Source: Psammoneis japonica
Lineage: Eukaryota
Reading direction: 5' to 3'
DNA length: 64,000 nucleotides
NCBI GenBank assembly: GCA_008632985.1
Contig: QPGO01000027.1
Location: forward strand, 620,001-684,000
A program made the translations under genes and the position numbers. Under the pieces are notes generated by a model. The model made no database searches. It was not told the origin of the DNA and was given only the letters and a program-made list of their open reading frames with translations. Shown piece by piece: positions 13,800 through 26,206 of this stretch. Position 1 is the first letter of the stretch. The number at the start of each line of letters is the position of its first letter.

Positions 13800-14430
13800 A
13801 GCACATTGCAAAAATGGCTTGTGGCAACTCCAAAGAAATGCACTGGCAGAGTGCTGTGGGGGAGACTCCACTCAAAGAACTCCTTGAGAGAGGCGCGGTG
13901 CAGCTTGTGCCATTTTGTTGGTGGCAAGCACCCCCCAGCTGTCAACAAGCTGAAAGAAGAAGACTTTGGTGTCAAGGCAGCCATGCCAATGTGTGTTGCT
14001 GCATGTGCTGCACCTTTGTTGATGATGCTGACCTTCCCTGTGCACTCAAGGATCCCAGCACCACCTGCAAAGCCAGGGTGTCCAGAGCTCAAGAAATGCT
14101 GGGCTGCTGGGGGGGGGGGGGAGGAGGCACTTGGCTGTCTCTGGAGGAGTGCCCATGTGGGAGAAGAGTTGCTGGTCACACTTGCCTCTTTCAAGTCAGA
14201 GAGCCAGGAGAATTTGCTCTGCTGGGCAATGAAAACACCAACAACAGGAGAGCTGACATTTGCTCAACAGCCACACCCAAAGCATGAGAGATGCGGGGTG
14301 TTTGGATCACTGTGGATGATGGCAACTCTGGTGCACCACATGAGAATGCAGTGAAGGCTGAGTTTCAGAAATGGCTGGACCAAGTCAGATCAGGGCACCT
14401 CAAAAGCAGAACAGAAGCATGGATTTTGCT
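13800..14430 (+). mobile_element. Non-LTR (LINE) reverse transcriptase relic
   Basis: FVDDADL (RT catalytic FVDDTDL-type motif), followed across frameshifts by GVWITVD.GN and WLDQVRSGHL..TEAW. Confidence 0.55.
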
Positions 14431-14621
14431 GACAGGAGGGGGGGATGTTGCTGGAGCATCTGCTGGCAGCTGCCTCTCTCTCTCTCTCTAAAAAAAAGGG
14501 TGAGTCCAAACAAAGAAACCACTGGAGTGCCAGGGGGGGGGCTCTTGTGGCAATGGGCTGTCCAAGATCCTTCCCCAAGAAAGCATTGTTTTTGCTCTGT
14601 GACAACTCAATGGGCCGGGCT

Positions 14622-16480
14622 CAGTGGCACACCCCTGTCACAATCCACTCTGTCCCAGTCAGATGTCTGACAACAATGACTGGTGTGCTCTCCGCCAACA
14701 TTTTCAAAGGTGTCCCAGTGCTCTTCTTTCTTTTGTTGTGGCCTTGACAATGCATCTTCCTCTCTCAACCACTCTCTGAGTGACAATGGTGCCTCCATGT
14801 CTTTTGATGCATCAGTGCCTCCCAACCATTCCCTCAATTCAAGCACCAAAGGATTCTTGCCCGTGTCTCTTCATGATGGCAATCCATCCTTCCTTTCCAG
14901 ATGACTGTGATCAAGAGTTTCAACCATCCACCCATGGCCATCCCTCCTCCAATGAACCGTCATTTGGATTTTTCCTTTGACGGTCGATGTTGTCAATTCT
15001 CATCCTGCACTGCTGCTGAAAGAACAATGGGAGTCATTCGAAAATGTCGCGTGGGTCACAATTGATGTTTCACATGAGGAAAAACACAAAATCGTGCAGA
15101 AATGTGCACAATGTCATGCGAGAGAGTGATCAGAGCTAATGGCTTTTCGGGAACTGAATTGAAATGCTGTCTGATTGACGGCATTGGCCTTCACTGTGTG
15201 AATCAAAATGCCGTCAATCAGACAGCATTTCAATTGATTTCCCGAGAAGTTGACATTCGTGTGCGGACGGATGGACAGACTGACAATGATCATTTTTAGT
15301 GCTCTCCTGCACAATTTCTACGTGATGACTCTCAGGACCCGAATGACTCCCATTGCTTGGCACTGGGTCTCTTGCCCCAGACCCTCCTGATGATGGCATC
15401 TTCTGCAATGACATCCTTTTCCTTGAGGGGGAGTTTGATGCACTCTCAGCAAAATGCTCTGTGTCATCTTCTCCCCCCCCCCCAACAATGACAAGGACAA
15501 TGAAGGATTGCACTGATTTGATGCACTTGATTTGGAGGAGATGGAAAAAGCTCAGCTGTTGCAACCTCCCTGCATTTGTGATGCCAATGCCACCAAGAAG
15601 CTTTGTCTGGTGTGGAGGAAGAGCTGGTTGTGATGAAGAAGAAGCGTTGTCTCTCCCATGGTTTGCACAAGGCTTTTCTTTCTTGGGCCAGATTTGCCAA
15701 GGAGAGTGACTGTGAGTGCAAGTCTCTCTCCTGCTCTGATGCCTCACGATGCATGAAAGCCAAGCATTTTGATTTTGTTGGCCCAGAGCCAATTTGCTCC
15801 ACAGTGCACACAGGTCTTGATTTCCCCCCCAATGCATGTGTGTGCTGATTTTCCTTTCTGCATCATGTGAGAAGGGTCTTTTGCAATCCCCAGGTTGTCC
15901 AGTCTTGTCAGTGGTTGCACAATGAGAAGTGCTGCTCCAAAACAAATGAGCACATTTGTGACTCTCTTGACACTGGTGACTGGTGGAAGCAAACAGAGCA
16001 TGATCTCAAATCTTCCCTTGATCAACTCAGCAATGGCTGCCCCTCTGGGTCACACTTTGTTTGCCCAGTCATGCTGTTTGATGATTCCACCCTTTGTGAC
16101 AACATGGGTCATTTGCAAGCACAACCCATTCTTGTGACATTGGCAATTTTAACAATGAGTGTCATTGCAGCCACTCCCTTTGGTCAATGCTTGGAGTGGT
16201 GCCACCACACCCCAAGACAAGCAATGAGCACACCACTGACCATCAGTGAAAGCTCAGACAGGAAACGTGGTGCATCAAGTTCTGCCACTGCACTTTGCGC
16301 AAGATGTTCACTGAGTTGCTTCAACTGTCAAAGCAAAAGACTGGTTTCCTGATTGTGATGCCATCCTTTGGATTTGTTCATCTCCACTTTTGATTGTGCA
16401 TGACAATCGGCGGTGCAGAAAGCCACAATGACATGGCTTGTCACCGCAACTCCCATTCCAGCAACATCTCCCAGATGAAC
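14622..16480 (+). mobile_element. Plavaka-like transposase relic, copy 2 (interrupted by a MITE)
   Basis: ICDSLDTGDWWKQTE...CPVMLFDDSTLCDNMGHLQAQPILVTLA. Aligns by eye with the reverse complement of 6655-8048, apart from an insertion at 15025-15355. Confidence 0.65.
15025..15355. mobile_element. MITE with 16-bp TIRs and an internal 29-bp perfect hairpin
   Basis: TIRs CAATGGGAGTCATTCG (15025-15040) and CGAATGACTCCCATTG (15340-15355). Absent from the homologous site in Plavaka copy 1. Internal inverted repeat at 15157-15185 / 15207-15235. Confidence 0.8.
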
Positions 16481-19400
16481 AGGGGCTGTGGCATGCCACA
16501 GCATTTTGGTGACAATCCCTTGTTTGCTTGCAATTTGGTGGAACAAGAGAACATCCAGGGGACAGTGGAGGCTGCCATGGTGGCTGTGGAGGAAAGATGT
16601 CATGGCAAGACAATGCCAACTTGGACAAGTCTTTTGAGTCAGACATCTTTTCATGCGATGATCTTGATGTGCTGAGTCTGGACAGTGCTGGTTGTCAATG
16701 GATTTGTTGACACCATCTCTGCACACAAAAAATTGTGAGTGTCACAGGAGGCAAGTCACCCCACCAGGTGACATTCATCTGTCAACAAAGTTGAGTGGTC
16801 CTGTTCAACACACACAAAGAAATGCAGACATGGGTTTCCATGGCTCTGTCAAGCTTGTCCAAAAGCATTCAAAAAGCAAGGAGAAGGAGATGGAAGAGAC
16901 AACAAGGTGCACAATTGATTGCTCAGGCAAGGCAGTGCCAAACACATTCTGTGAGGCTTGGTCCATTCACAAAGAGTTGACAGCATGGCACAAGAAGTGG
17001 TGGGCCACCATCAAAAGGCTTCATTGAGTGGTGAAAGAGTTGGCCAATGGCAACAAAAAGTTGTGCTCCATGGAGGATGACACCTGCACACAACCCTCAC
17101 AATCGGCAGTGGCTGTGGTGGTGGGGTTGCAGGCATTCACATGGACACACACAATGCGTCCATGCGCTGGAGGGGATTGCCAGACTTCCATTGCAACCCA
17201 ACCAACAACACAAACGTTGTCCTCCTTGTGTGCGTTCCAGTCAAAAAAGGTGTGTTGAAACCAATCTTGGTTTTGCAACATGCCAAAACCATGACTCATT
17301 TCCATGCAGGATCATTTTGTCATGGAGCAGTTCATGTGGGGATGCACCTTGCTCATTTGAACAACTTGTTCATCCACACAAGCAAATCAAACAAATTGCT
17401 CAGGCCCAAGCTAGTGTGGATTGGCAACAGCAGCAAGAATGGAAAATGTCTGTTCCTCACTTGGCACACAAAGCAAAACTTGCAAATGGTGGATGCAAGA
17501 CAGATGAGGTGTGCCAAAAAAAAAACATGGAACCTTGTTTGTTCATGATGAAGATCAGCAATGGACCAAATCAAATTTAAAAAAAAGGAATGAACCCCAT
17601 GACCTGAGCAGTGTTGGCTCCGACAAGGATTGGGGATGCATCTTTGTGACAAGCCAGACAGAATGGAAACAGCTCATGACTGTGGTGAGGTGTCCAAAAT
17701 TTGGCAGCTTCAGGAAAGGCAACAATTGCAATGACAGTGCATTCAAGGAGCTGCTTCCATGGATGACAGATGGGGCTGCCATGGCTGGAATGTTCCAAAA
17801 AGGACACAACTGAAACACATCAAAATCCGGCAAATCCATGAGCCTCATCAAACATGTTGTCATTGTCTGCCACAGAACACTCTAGTTCCTTGGTTGCATC
17901 CAGCACCTTTTCGTCTGGTTGCACCTCATCATCCTGCTTGGAGGGTGGGAAATCAACTTGTTCCACCAGGACAAGGTTGCTGTTGCCTGTTCCCTTGGTG
18001 TGTGATAGAAAATCAAGAGTTGGTCCAACCAGGATGCCCATTGCTGGAGCAGCCAAACCTGCATTTGCAGCGACAGCTGGCTGATTTGGTTCCTCCACCT
18101 CCAAATTGTTGTTCAAGGAAACAAAGGCAAGCCTGCACCCTGAGTTGGGGTTCTCAGGTTCATTCAGAGTGCCATCCAATGCCCAGTCAGAGGTTGTGAC
18201 AATGTTGCACCACTTCATGAAACACATGCCATGTCCGGGGCAGCAGCACGCTTCTGCTTGGATTTTGCCAAAGGGACATTGCAGTGAAATTTTCAATCTT
18301 GACAAGAACAGTTCAATGTGACAAAATCAAACTTGTTGAATGCATGCAGGACATCAATGACTGAATGATTTGTTGAGGTTTTTTTCAAGTCCTTCATTCA
18401 AACCATTGCATTGCCATGAAAAGATTGAATTTTAAAACAAAATTGTTGCTGAAAAAGAGACACTGGTGGGAATCAACTGATGGTGAGGCTCACAGTTTTG
18501 CCAAAAACACGAGTTGTCCCTCTCTCACAAGACACAAAAAATGCAAACTCAAGTCACATGTGGCACACAAAAATGAGAGCAGCTGCGGCAGGCAGCGGCA
18601 TTGCAGATGGGGTGGAATGAAATGCAGGACACAAGGTGAGAAAGAGGAAACAAGTGGCGAATGCACAGAGATTGGGTGCACAATGCAAACGGCTGACACT
18701 TGCACACATCTTTGCACACAGACATCTGGACACGCAAGCAACCTGAGATGCAAAAGAAGATGGTCAACAAGGAAGGGCACAAAGGTGAGCAGAAGCAGTG
18801 TGTGAAACAAGATTGTAAGATGCACGATGCACAAGACATGCACAAAAAACTGATCATTGGCACAAAGTTTTCTCAGGTTGCAGGTGATGCTTTGGCTGAC
18901 CAAACAGAGGGAATGTGAGATTGACCATTGGAGAACAACATTGTTGCCCAGTGTGGATGATTGTGAAGAGAGTGAGAGTGGTTGCAAAGGAGGACACAAG
19001 GACCAAAACATCACACCCATTGTGTGGGGACTGCAAAGGACAACAGGAGCTGGTGGAACACAGGAGAAAAACAAGAACAGGGAAAGAAAGGGAGCACTGT
19101 TTGGTGAGCAGTGCAGAAACAACAAAACGGAGCAATTAAATGGCAGATGACAAGCAGCATGGAGACAATGCACAAACAGGTCAATGTGAGACAATTGAAC
19201 ATCATTGCTTTCAGAAATGAACAATGTCAAAATGTTGTTGCAAAAACACGGTTGCTGAGATAGAAACAGAAGCAAGTGACGAGCTTTGTCAGCTGTCATT
19301 TCCCACTTGGAAGGTCAGTTTAATCATGGACGGATGCAAAAACAATGTTGAAATGAGCAGACGCACAAAATTGTCAAGAATGTGTGTGTGTGTGCAACTG

Positions 19401-20656
19401 ATTTCCGTTGACCATTAAATCCCACTTGGAAGGTTCTGACAATTGTTGGACTCCCTTTGTTGACAATCATTGAGGACTTGTTGAGAGCACAGGATTCTGA
19501 AAAAGAGAATGTGAGCTCTGAACAAGAGCAAACATGTTTTCCAGATGTCAAGCACAGGGCTGCTACAAAAGCAGCAGTCGTGTTTTTCTGCAGCAGGTGG
19601 ACTCACCTTCTGTGATGGGGAGAGAGACTCAGTGTGTTTGTGAGACCATGGTTCTTGAGTTTGGACATGCTGTGGACCTGTCAAACACTCTCCCTTGAGT
19701 GCAACAAGTCAGTGTGCTGCTGGGGACCAAGACACAAGCCAAGTCACTCTGGCAATTTTGCAGTGTGCGTTCCACCTGCCTCCACTGACAGCCCCCTTCT
19801 GTGATGGTGACTCCACTTTGAAACAACTCTTTTTTGATGGGCATGTTTGCAAACTCTCACAGTGGTGGTTGAGTGCACTGAAAATTTTTGTGTGTGTTGG
19901 TGTCCAGGGAATGAAAATGCACCATGCCAGAACCTTGGGTGGTGCTTTGCAGCACAAGAACTCCTCTGCCTGAAAGCAAGTTGTCTGTTTCTGCTGTGCT
20001 GGAGGGCCTGACATGCATGCTGGATCACCCCAAAACACAAGAAGCTGGAAATTTGTTGGGAAGATCCACTCACAATGTCAAGTCAACAACAGCAAAGTGG
20101 TGCTGGCTTGCAGCTGTGGCACAGGCCTGCACACACGTCTCCTGTGATGACCAAAAGCTCACAAACTGTGATCTCATGCCCTCCCACCAGGGCCACAACT
20201 CAAGATCTCTCTGAACAAGAGTTGATGACCCATCTTGAGCAGCTGAGTGTGGAGATGGACTTGCTTGTGAAAGTGTGCTGGGAAGCATGGAAGGACTGTG
20301 ACATCATGGCATCCACACCCTGTGCTGGACCACGTGCAGGCCATGGACCACCAGCAGAGAGACAGAGTCTGCAGTTTTGCAACAGCTCTTTGAACAAAGA
20401 AACCTCTGCAAGATTGTGATGTCTGAGAGCCAGTGCGTTAAAGTGACGTCTAGTGTTGCCTTTGTTTGTTTCTCTTTGCTGTGCATCACAGATTGCACCT
20501 CCCTCCCACCCACATTGTTTTGGTTTCACTTGCTGGCTTGAAGCTTTTTAGCGGCAACGCCTTGGGGATTTTACCCTTTAAATTGACATGTGTTGATTGG
20601 GTCCAGGCAACTGCAACCTTCAACACGATCGCCTCAAGAGAAGAACTGGAAAGAAG

Positions 20657-22984
20657 TTAAACGTTATTGGTTACAGGATAGGCTGACCACTCAAACCCGG
20701 CATTTTCCAATGCAGCTATTCGTTCCGAAGTCAATGAACCAGGCTGTTTTTTATCTTGAATTCGTTTGTAACTTCTACGCTGGGTCGCGATCCAACGTCC
20801 GAGGCGCTTGTTTCCCGAGTAGTTGGTTGGCACACGGCAATGTCCATGAACAGTTCTAAATTGAATTAACTCATCATACATGGCATTCCAATTACTCGTT
20901 TGTCGTGACCATTCGAATCCAGCTCCCTCCAATGCTTTAATGCGACCCGGCGTCATTGAACAAGGCTTCTTTTTGTTTTGGTAACGCTTGTAATGTATGC
21001 GCTGCTGAGAAACCCACCGGGCGAGTCGTTTGTTCTCCTGATAGACATTTGGCACGCGACAATGCCCGTGAATGGCTTTGAATCCCAAAAGCTCATCAAA
21101 CATAACATACCATCCCTTTCCTTGTACCGACCATTCAAATCCTACATCTTCCAATGCTCTTATCCGGTCTGTCGTCAATGCGCATGGCTGAGTATTGTCT
21201 TGACAGCTTTTGAATTCTGTACGTTGCCTCGCAACCCAACTATATAGGGCTTTATTCTCTGAGTAATTAGGGACACGACAATGCCCATGCGTAGCTTTGA
21301 ATTCCAACAACTCATTGAACCAGTCATTCCATTTCCGCGTTGTTGCCGACCACTCAAATCCGGCATCTTCCAATGCACTTATCCGAGCACGCGTCATGGG
21401 ACAAGGCTTCTCTTTGTTTTTAAACTTCTTGTAGTTAAAACGCTGTGTTGCGACCCAATTGCCTAGCCGTTTGTTTTCTGAGTACGGAGACGGGACACGA
21501 CAATGCCCATGAATTGCCTTGAATTTCAACAGCTCATTTAACATCAAATTCCACTCCTCGCTGATAGCGTCTCTGCGAAACCACTCGAATCCTGCATCTT
21601 CCAATTGTCTTATGCGATCAGGTGTGATCTGGCAAGGCTTGTTGTTTTGATAAAGCTTAAAGTATGCACGCTGGTTCATCACCCAATGTGCGAGTCGCCT
21701 GTTTTCCGAATAAGATATTGGGACTCGACAATGGCCATGAACAGCTTTGAATTCCAACAGTTCGTTGAGCATGCGCTTCCAACGGGAATTGTCAAGAGCC
21801 GTTCTTCCTCGCGTTCTTCCTCGCGGCACAGACCACTCAAATCCTGCGTCTTCCAGTGCTTTCAGACGATCCGGAGTCATTGAGCAAGGCTTGCTTTTGT
21901 TTTGATAACGCTTGTAGTTCCTACGCTGCGTCATGACCCAAAGTGCGAGGCGTTTGTTTTCCGAATAAGATGTTGGGACACGACAATGCCCATGAACAGC
22001 TTTGAATTCCAGCAGTTCGTTGAGCATGCGCTTCCAACTGGAATTGTTGAGAGCCGTTTTTCCTCGCGGCACAGACCACTCAAATCCTGCGTCTTCCAGT
22101 GCTTTCAGACGATCCGGAGTCATTGAGCAAGGCTTGCTTTTGTTTTGATAATGCCTGTAGCTCCTGCGCTGTGTCATCACCCAATGTGCGAGGCGTTTGT
22201 TTTCCGAATAATGCTGCGGGACACGACAATGTCCATGAGCAGCTTTGAATTCTAACAATTCATCGAACATGCGCTTCCAATTACTCCCGTCGGAATCCGG
22301 ACCCGTTTTAGGTGACCACTCGAATCCCGCATCTTCCAGAGCTCTCACACGATCTGGAGTCATTGGGCAAGGCTTACTTTTGTTTTGATAAAGCTTGTAA
22401 GTCCTACGCTGTCTCGTGACCCAACGTGCGAGGCGTTTGTTATCCGAAGAATGCTGCGGCACACGACAATGCCCATGAACAGCTTTGAACTCCAAAAGTT
22501 CATTAAACATACGATTCCACTGATCAGCTGGTCTTGATGGCTCGAAATTGAATCCAATTCCTCTAAGCTGTTCTTCCCTAGCATCGGTGAGCGCTGATTT
22601 ACCATTTTGTAACTTTTTTCGGTATGCCTTTCGTTGTCTGATTGTCCACGTGCCCAAAGGAGTCTTTGTGGGTGCGCAAAAGTCCCCATTTTTCTCGTGA
22701 AACTCAACCAGTTCTTGGAATCGATTTTGCCACCGGGCCTCATCAGATTGCCCCTTCACGGCCCAGCACGTTTGACGCTGCTGGCGTATGAACCATGCTC
22801 TCTCCTTGCAGGCTCTGTTGTTAAAAGTCCATGTCGAACAACCAGAAGTTGTTGGATTGTAGTAAAAGCTACCGGTGGAGCGAGATCGAAAAGGTGCTAA
22901 AAACGCATCAGTGTTGCATGTCAAGAAAACGAGAACAAGCCAAACTGCGAAACGCAGTCGTCGCATCAGGCTCAAACAAGACAT
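20657..22984 (-). CDS. Tandem helicase-associated (HA, PF03457-type) domain protein, 9 repeats, predicted plastid-targeted
   Basis: Nine W...F.EL.EFK..HGHCRVP......L..WV..QR......R...LE..GFEW units. N-terminus has a hydrophobic signal (FAVWLVLVFLTC) and TDA|FLAP cleavage, then a Ser/Thr/Arg-rich segment. First ATG at 22984, no helicase core. Confidence 0.9.
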   Translation of the reverse strand: MSCLSLMRRLRFAVWLVLVFLTCNTDAFLAPFRSRSTGSFYYNPTTSGCSTWTFNNRACKERAWFIRQQRQTCWAVKGQSDEARWQNRFQELVEFHEKNGDFCAPTKTPLGTWTIRQRKAYRKKLQNGKSALTDAREEQLRGIGFNFEPSRPADQWNRMFNELLEFKAVHGHCRVPQHSSDNKRLARWVTRQRRTYKLYQNKSKPCPMTPDRVRALEDAGFEWSPKTGPDSDGSNWKRMFDELLEFKAAHGHCRVPQHYSENKRLAHWVMTQRRSYRHYQNKSKPCSMTPDRLKALEDAGFEWSVPRGKTALNNSSWKRMLNELLEFKAVHGHCRVPTSYSENKRLALWVMTQRRNYKRYQNKSKPCSMTPDRLKALEDAGFEWSVPRGRTRGRTALDNSRWKRMLNELLEFKAVHGHCRVPISYSENRRLAHWVMNQRAYFKLYQNNKPCQITPDRIRQLEDAGFEWFRRDAISEEWNLMLNELLKFKAIHGHCRVPSPYSENKRLGNWVATQRFNYKKFKNKEKPCPMTRARISALEDAGFEWSATTRKWNDWFNELLEFKATHGHCRVPNYSENKALYSWVARQRTEFKSCQDNTQPCALTTDRIRALEDVGFEWSVQGKGWYVMFDELLGFKAIHGHCRVPNVYQENKRLARWVSQQRIHYKRYQNKKKPCSMTPGRIKALEGAGFEWSRQTSNWNAMYDELIQFRTVHGHCRVPTNYSGNKRLGRWIATQRRSYKRIQDKKQPGSLTSERIAALENAGFEWSAYPVTNNV

Positions 22985-23312
22985 ATTAGGCTGTATGATC
23001 AACAGAGACAAAGTGGGTATCAGTAAGGGGAACAGTTGTTACGGTATGCGATAATGTGCCTGTTGCCCTCTCGCCATCGGTTGATTTTTTTACTACATGC
23101 TGTTCTTTGATGGAATGATGACGTCATCAGGTCATGAAGTTCCGATCCGACGACACCGCGACTGACCGCGACCACCCACCCACCCACGACCGACCCCAGG
23201 CAGACCCAAGCTGGGAGTGGTGCCCGCCCAGACCCTTTCTCATCTTACAATGTCTCTCTTTTTTGTTTCATCAAACTCTTTTGCCTCTATCTACCATCAT
23301 CTGCCAGCAACG

Positions 23313-26206
23313 ATGGAGGGGAGCACCGACAAGAAGCGAAAGGGAGGTAAATCAGGCGGTGGAAATGGGTTTCAAAGTTTGGGATTATCTGAGCCTGTGT
23401 ATCGTGGGATTGTGAGAATGGGATTTCGAGTGAGTGTCGTCACTTTTCTCAAAAGTTGTCGTCGTCGTCTTTTTTTCTGACGTTCTCTTCGATTTCATTC
23501 TACTAGATGCCGACACCGGTGCAACGAAAATCGTTACCGGTAATACTGACAGGTGCGGACACAGTTGTCATGGCTCGAACGGGAAGTGGCAAAACCGCGG
23601 CGTTTGTGATTCCCATTCTCGAAAAGCTTGCCGGAGACACGAGGAGGGACGACAATGATTTTTCTCAGATTCAGCAGCAACAACAACGATGTTGCAGAGC
23701 CGTCATTTTATCTCCAACACGAGAGTTATCCCTACAGACGCTTCGTGTTTTGCAAAAATTGGCGCACTTTACTTCAATCAAATCGGTTGGAATTCATGGT
23801 GGAGAAAGTATGGAGAAACAGTTTGATTTGTTATCGTCAAAACCTCACGTTATTGTAGCGACACCGGGTCGTTTGGCCCATCACTTGACAGAGATTCCTG
23901 ATTTTAATCTTCGTCACTGTTCCATGTTTGTCTTGGATGAAGCCGACCGCTTGCTAGAAATGGGCTTTGCCCTGCAGATTCGACAAATCGCATCCAGCAT
24001 ATCGGAAGAACAGTGTCAAAAGGTTTTACTGAGCGCCACCATGCCCAAGGCGTTGGTGGAATTCACAAAGGGTGGATTCTGTGTAGATCCACAAGTGGTG
24101 CGACTCGATCAAGAAGCGTCTGTGAGTGAGGAGCTGCGTATCGCCTTTTGTACTTGCAAAAGTCACGACAAGGACGCGGCGTTACTCCATCTTATGAATT
24201 TCATACAACAAGATCAGGAGGAGCAACACGAAAGTCAGCGGACGGGACTGACCCTTGTCTTTGCAGCCACCCGTCATCATGTCGAATACATTACATATCT
24301 TTTGCGGGGTTCAGGTATACAAGCAACCATGGTGTACGGAACGCTGGACCAGGAAGCTCGAAAAGCCAACCTATCTGCCTTTCGTTCGGGTCGTAATCCC
24401 GTTTTGGTTGTCACGGATGTCGCTGCAAGGGGTATTGACGTTCCACTGATTGACCATGTCATTCATTACTCCTTTCCGCCGAGCGCAAAACTGTTTGTTC
24501 ACCGGTCAGGACGAGCGGCCCGTGCCGGACGGATTGGATATTGTTGGGCCTTGGTTGAACCTGATGAAATGCCCTACATGGTTGACTTGCACTTGTTTCT
24601 CGGAAGAAAACTCAGTACGGGTAATGACAAAGATGAAGGAGAAGGAGGATCAGCCACTGATAAGGAGGAATACACTTATACGCTCGATCAAATGACACCC
24701 GATATGGTTCACTACGGAACGGTTCCTGAATCCGTCCTGGTGCAAGAATCTGAAAACGTCAGACGCATTATGGATTCCGAGTTGACGGGATCCAATGAGG
24801 CAGAGACACTCAAGGCACTGGCCAAGGTTTGCAACAATGCCATGAAGCAATACCGTCGTACACGGCCAGAAGCATCTCGAGCTGGAGTTCGACGAGCCAA
24901 GGCAATCCTGGAAGGCGAGCGGATGGACAGCGGCAAGCGTGTCGGTGGCGGAGCGTTTATTCCATCCCATCCTCTATTGCTAGGAATGGAACGACGAGAA
25001 TACTTGGCGAGAAAAGAATCTGGTAGCAAGGGTGGATTGGATGACTTGGAGAACATTCAGAAACGGCAAGAGTTCCTCCGTGCCATGGCGAACTTCCGGC
25101 CCAAGGAAACAGTGTTTGAAGCCTTTTCCACAGGCGGCGAAAAGAATGTGGGCGTTGTCAGCCATGTGGACAAGGGTAGAACAACAACTTCGAAGAAGAA
25201 TGAAACAAGTGCAGCGGCACTCATGGCCATGAAGAGCATGAGACGACAAATGAGAATTGCCAACGACAAGGGCTCGGCTTTGGTTATTGCTGGAAGTGCA
25301 AACGCGCAAGCCATGAATGGCGATATTGCAAAAGAGCTTCAGGATACAGACATTGAGGAGAAAGAGACTGAGAGTATAAAGGCGGCTCACACCAAGACCG
25401 TAGCACCGGAAGGGCCAAAAGTAGAAAGCAAACGACGGCTCTCCAAGGCTGAACGCAAACGCCTCAAGAAAAATCCAAAAGCCACGGTGGGACAAATCGT
25501 GGCGGAATCATCGACGGAGACCACCAAAAAGCAAAAGGACCGCAAGGGCTATCGTGACGAGGCTTTTTTCATTAGCAACAATTACTCGGATCGCGAACGA
25601 CAAGTCGAGGCAGCGATGCAACCCTCGGCGTCGTCGAATCAAAAAGGCTCGACCGCGGCGGCTTTACGAATTGAAGAAACCATGTTGGATATTGTGGGTG
25701 ACGAAAATGCTGACTTGGTGCAAAAGCAACGCATGATGCGTTGGGACAAGTCCAAGCGTAAATACGTACAAACCACGGTTGGCGCGGAACTGAGTGGCGA
25801 CAGCAAGAGCAAAAAGATTCGACTCGAGAGTGGACAGCTGGTAAAGGCCGACAAGATGAAGCTGGGAGAAGTTTACGAAAAGTGGCAAAAGAAGACTAAC
25901 AAGAGTATTGGTCGTGTAGGGGTATTTGATGATGCGGTTCAAGAGGATGTGGAGGAGCCTGCCGTTCCTCAGAATCGTCGTGGTGGAAAGAAGCAGCAAG
26001 GAAAACAGAAGCGAGCCAAGGGTGACGAACTCAAATCTGCTTCTCAAATTCGAAAAGAACGAGAGACAAAACAAAATCTCAAGCTCAAGAATATGAAAAA
26101 GAGCGACCGGAGGAGAATCGAACAACGAAACAGCGAGAAGAATGCGATGCCGGGGTTTTCCAAGAAGAGCAAAAAGGGTGTCAGTGGAAGATGGAAGAAA
26201 CGATAG
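23313..26206 (+). CDS. DBP10: DEAD-box RNA helicase DBP10/DDX54; join(23313..23429,23507..26206)
   Basis: Q motif GFQSLGL/PTPVQ split by a 77-nt GT-AG intron (23430-23506). Also ARTGSGKT, PTREL, DEAD, SAT, HRSGRAARAGR and a DBP10CT-like WDKSKRKYV..KKIRLESG..YEKWQKK. Confidence 0.93.

Larger units (their letters stand above)
4380..20620. other. TpA- and CpG-depleted degenerate block B (mosaic of TE relics)
   Basis: About 16 kb with near absence of TA/CG. ORFs in all six frames are essentially Tyr-free. Contains Plavaka-like and non-LTR relics. Confidence 0.9.

Noticed and set aside
4380..20620. Hundreds of overlapping 60-350-aa Cys/His/Trp-rich ORFs in the depleted blocks (also blocks A, C, D, E)
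   Set aside because: Loss of TA removes TAA/TAG stops and Tyr codons and so inflates ORFs in all six frames. They are not real metal-binding proteins.
20657..22700. CRISPR-like array
   Set aside because: The repeats are in-frame ~200-250-bp protein domain units. No repeat-spacer structure or cas genes were seen anywhere in the window.
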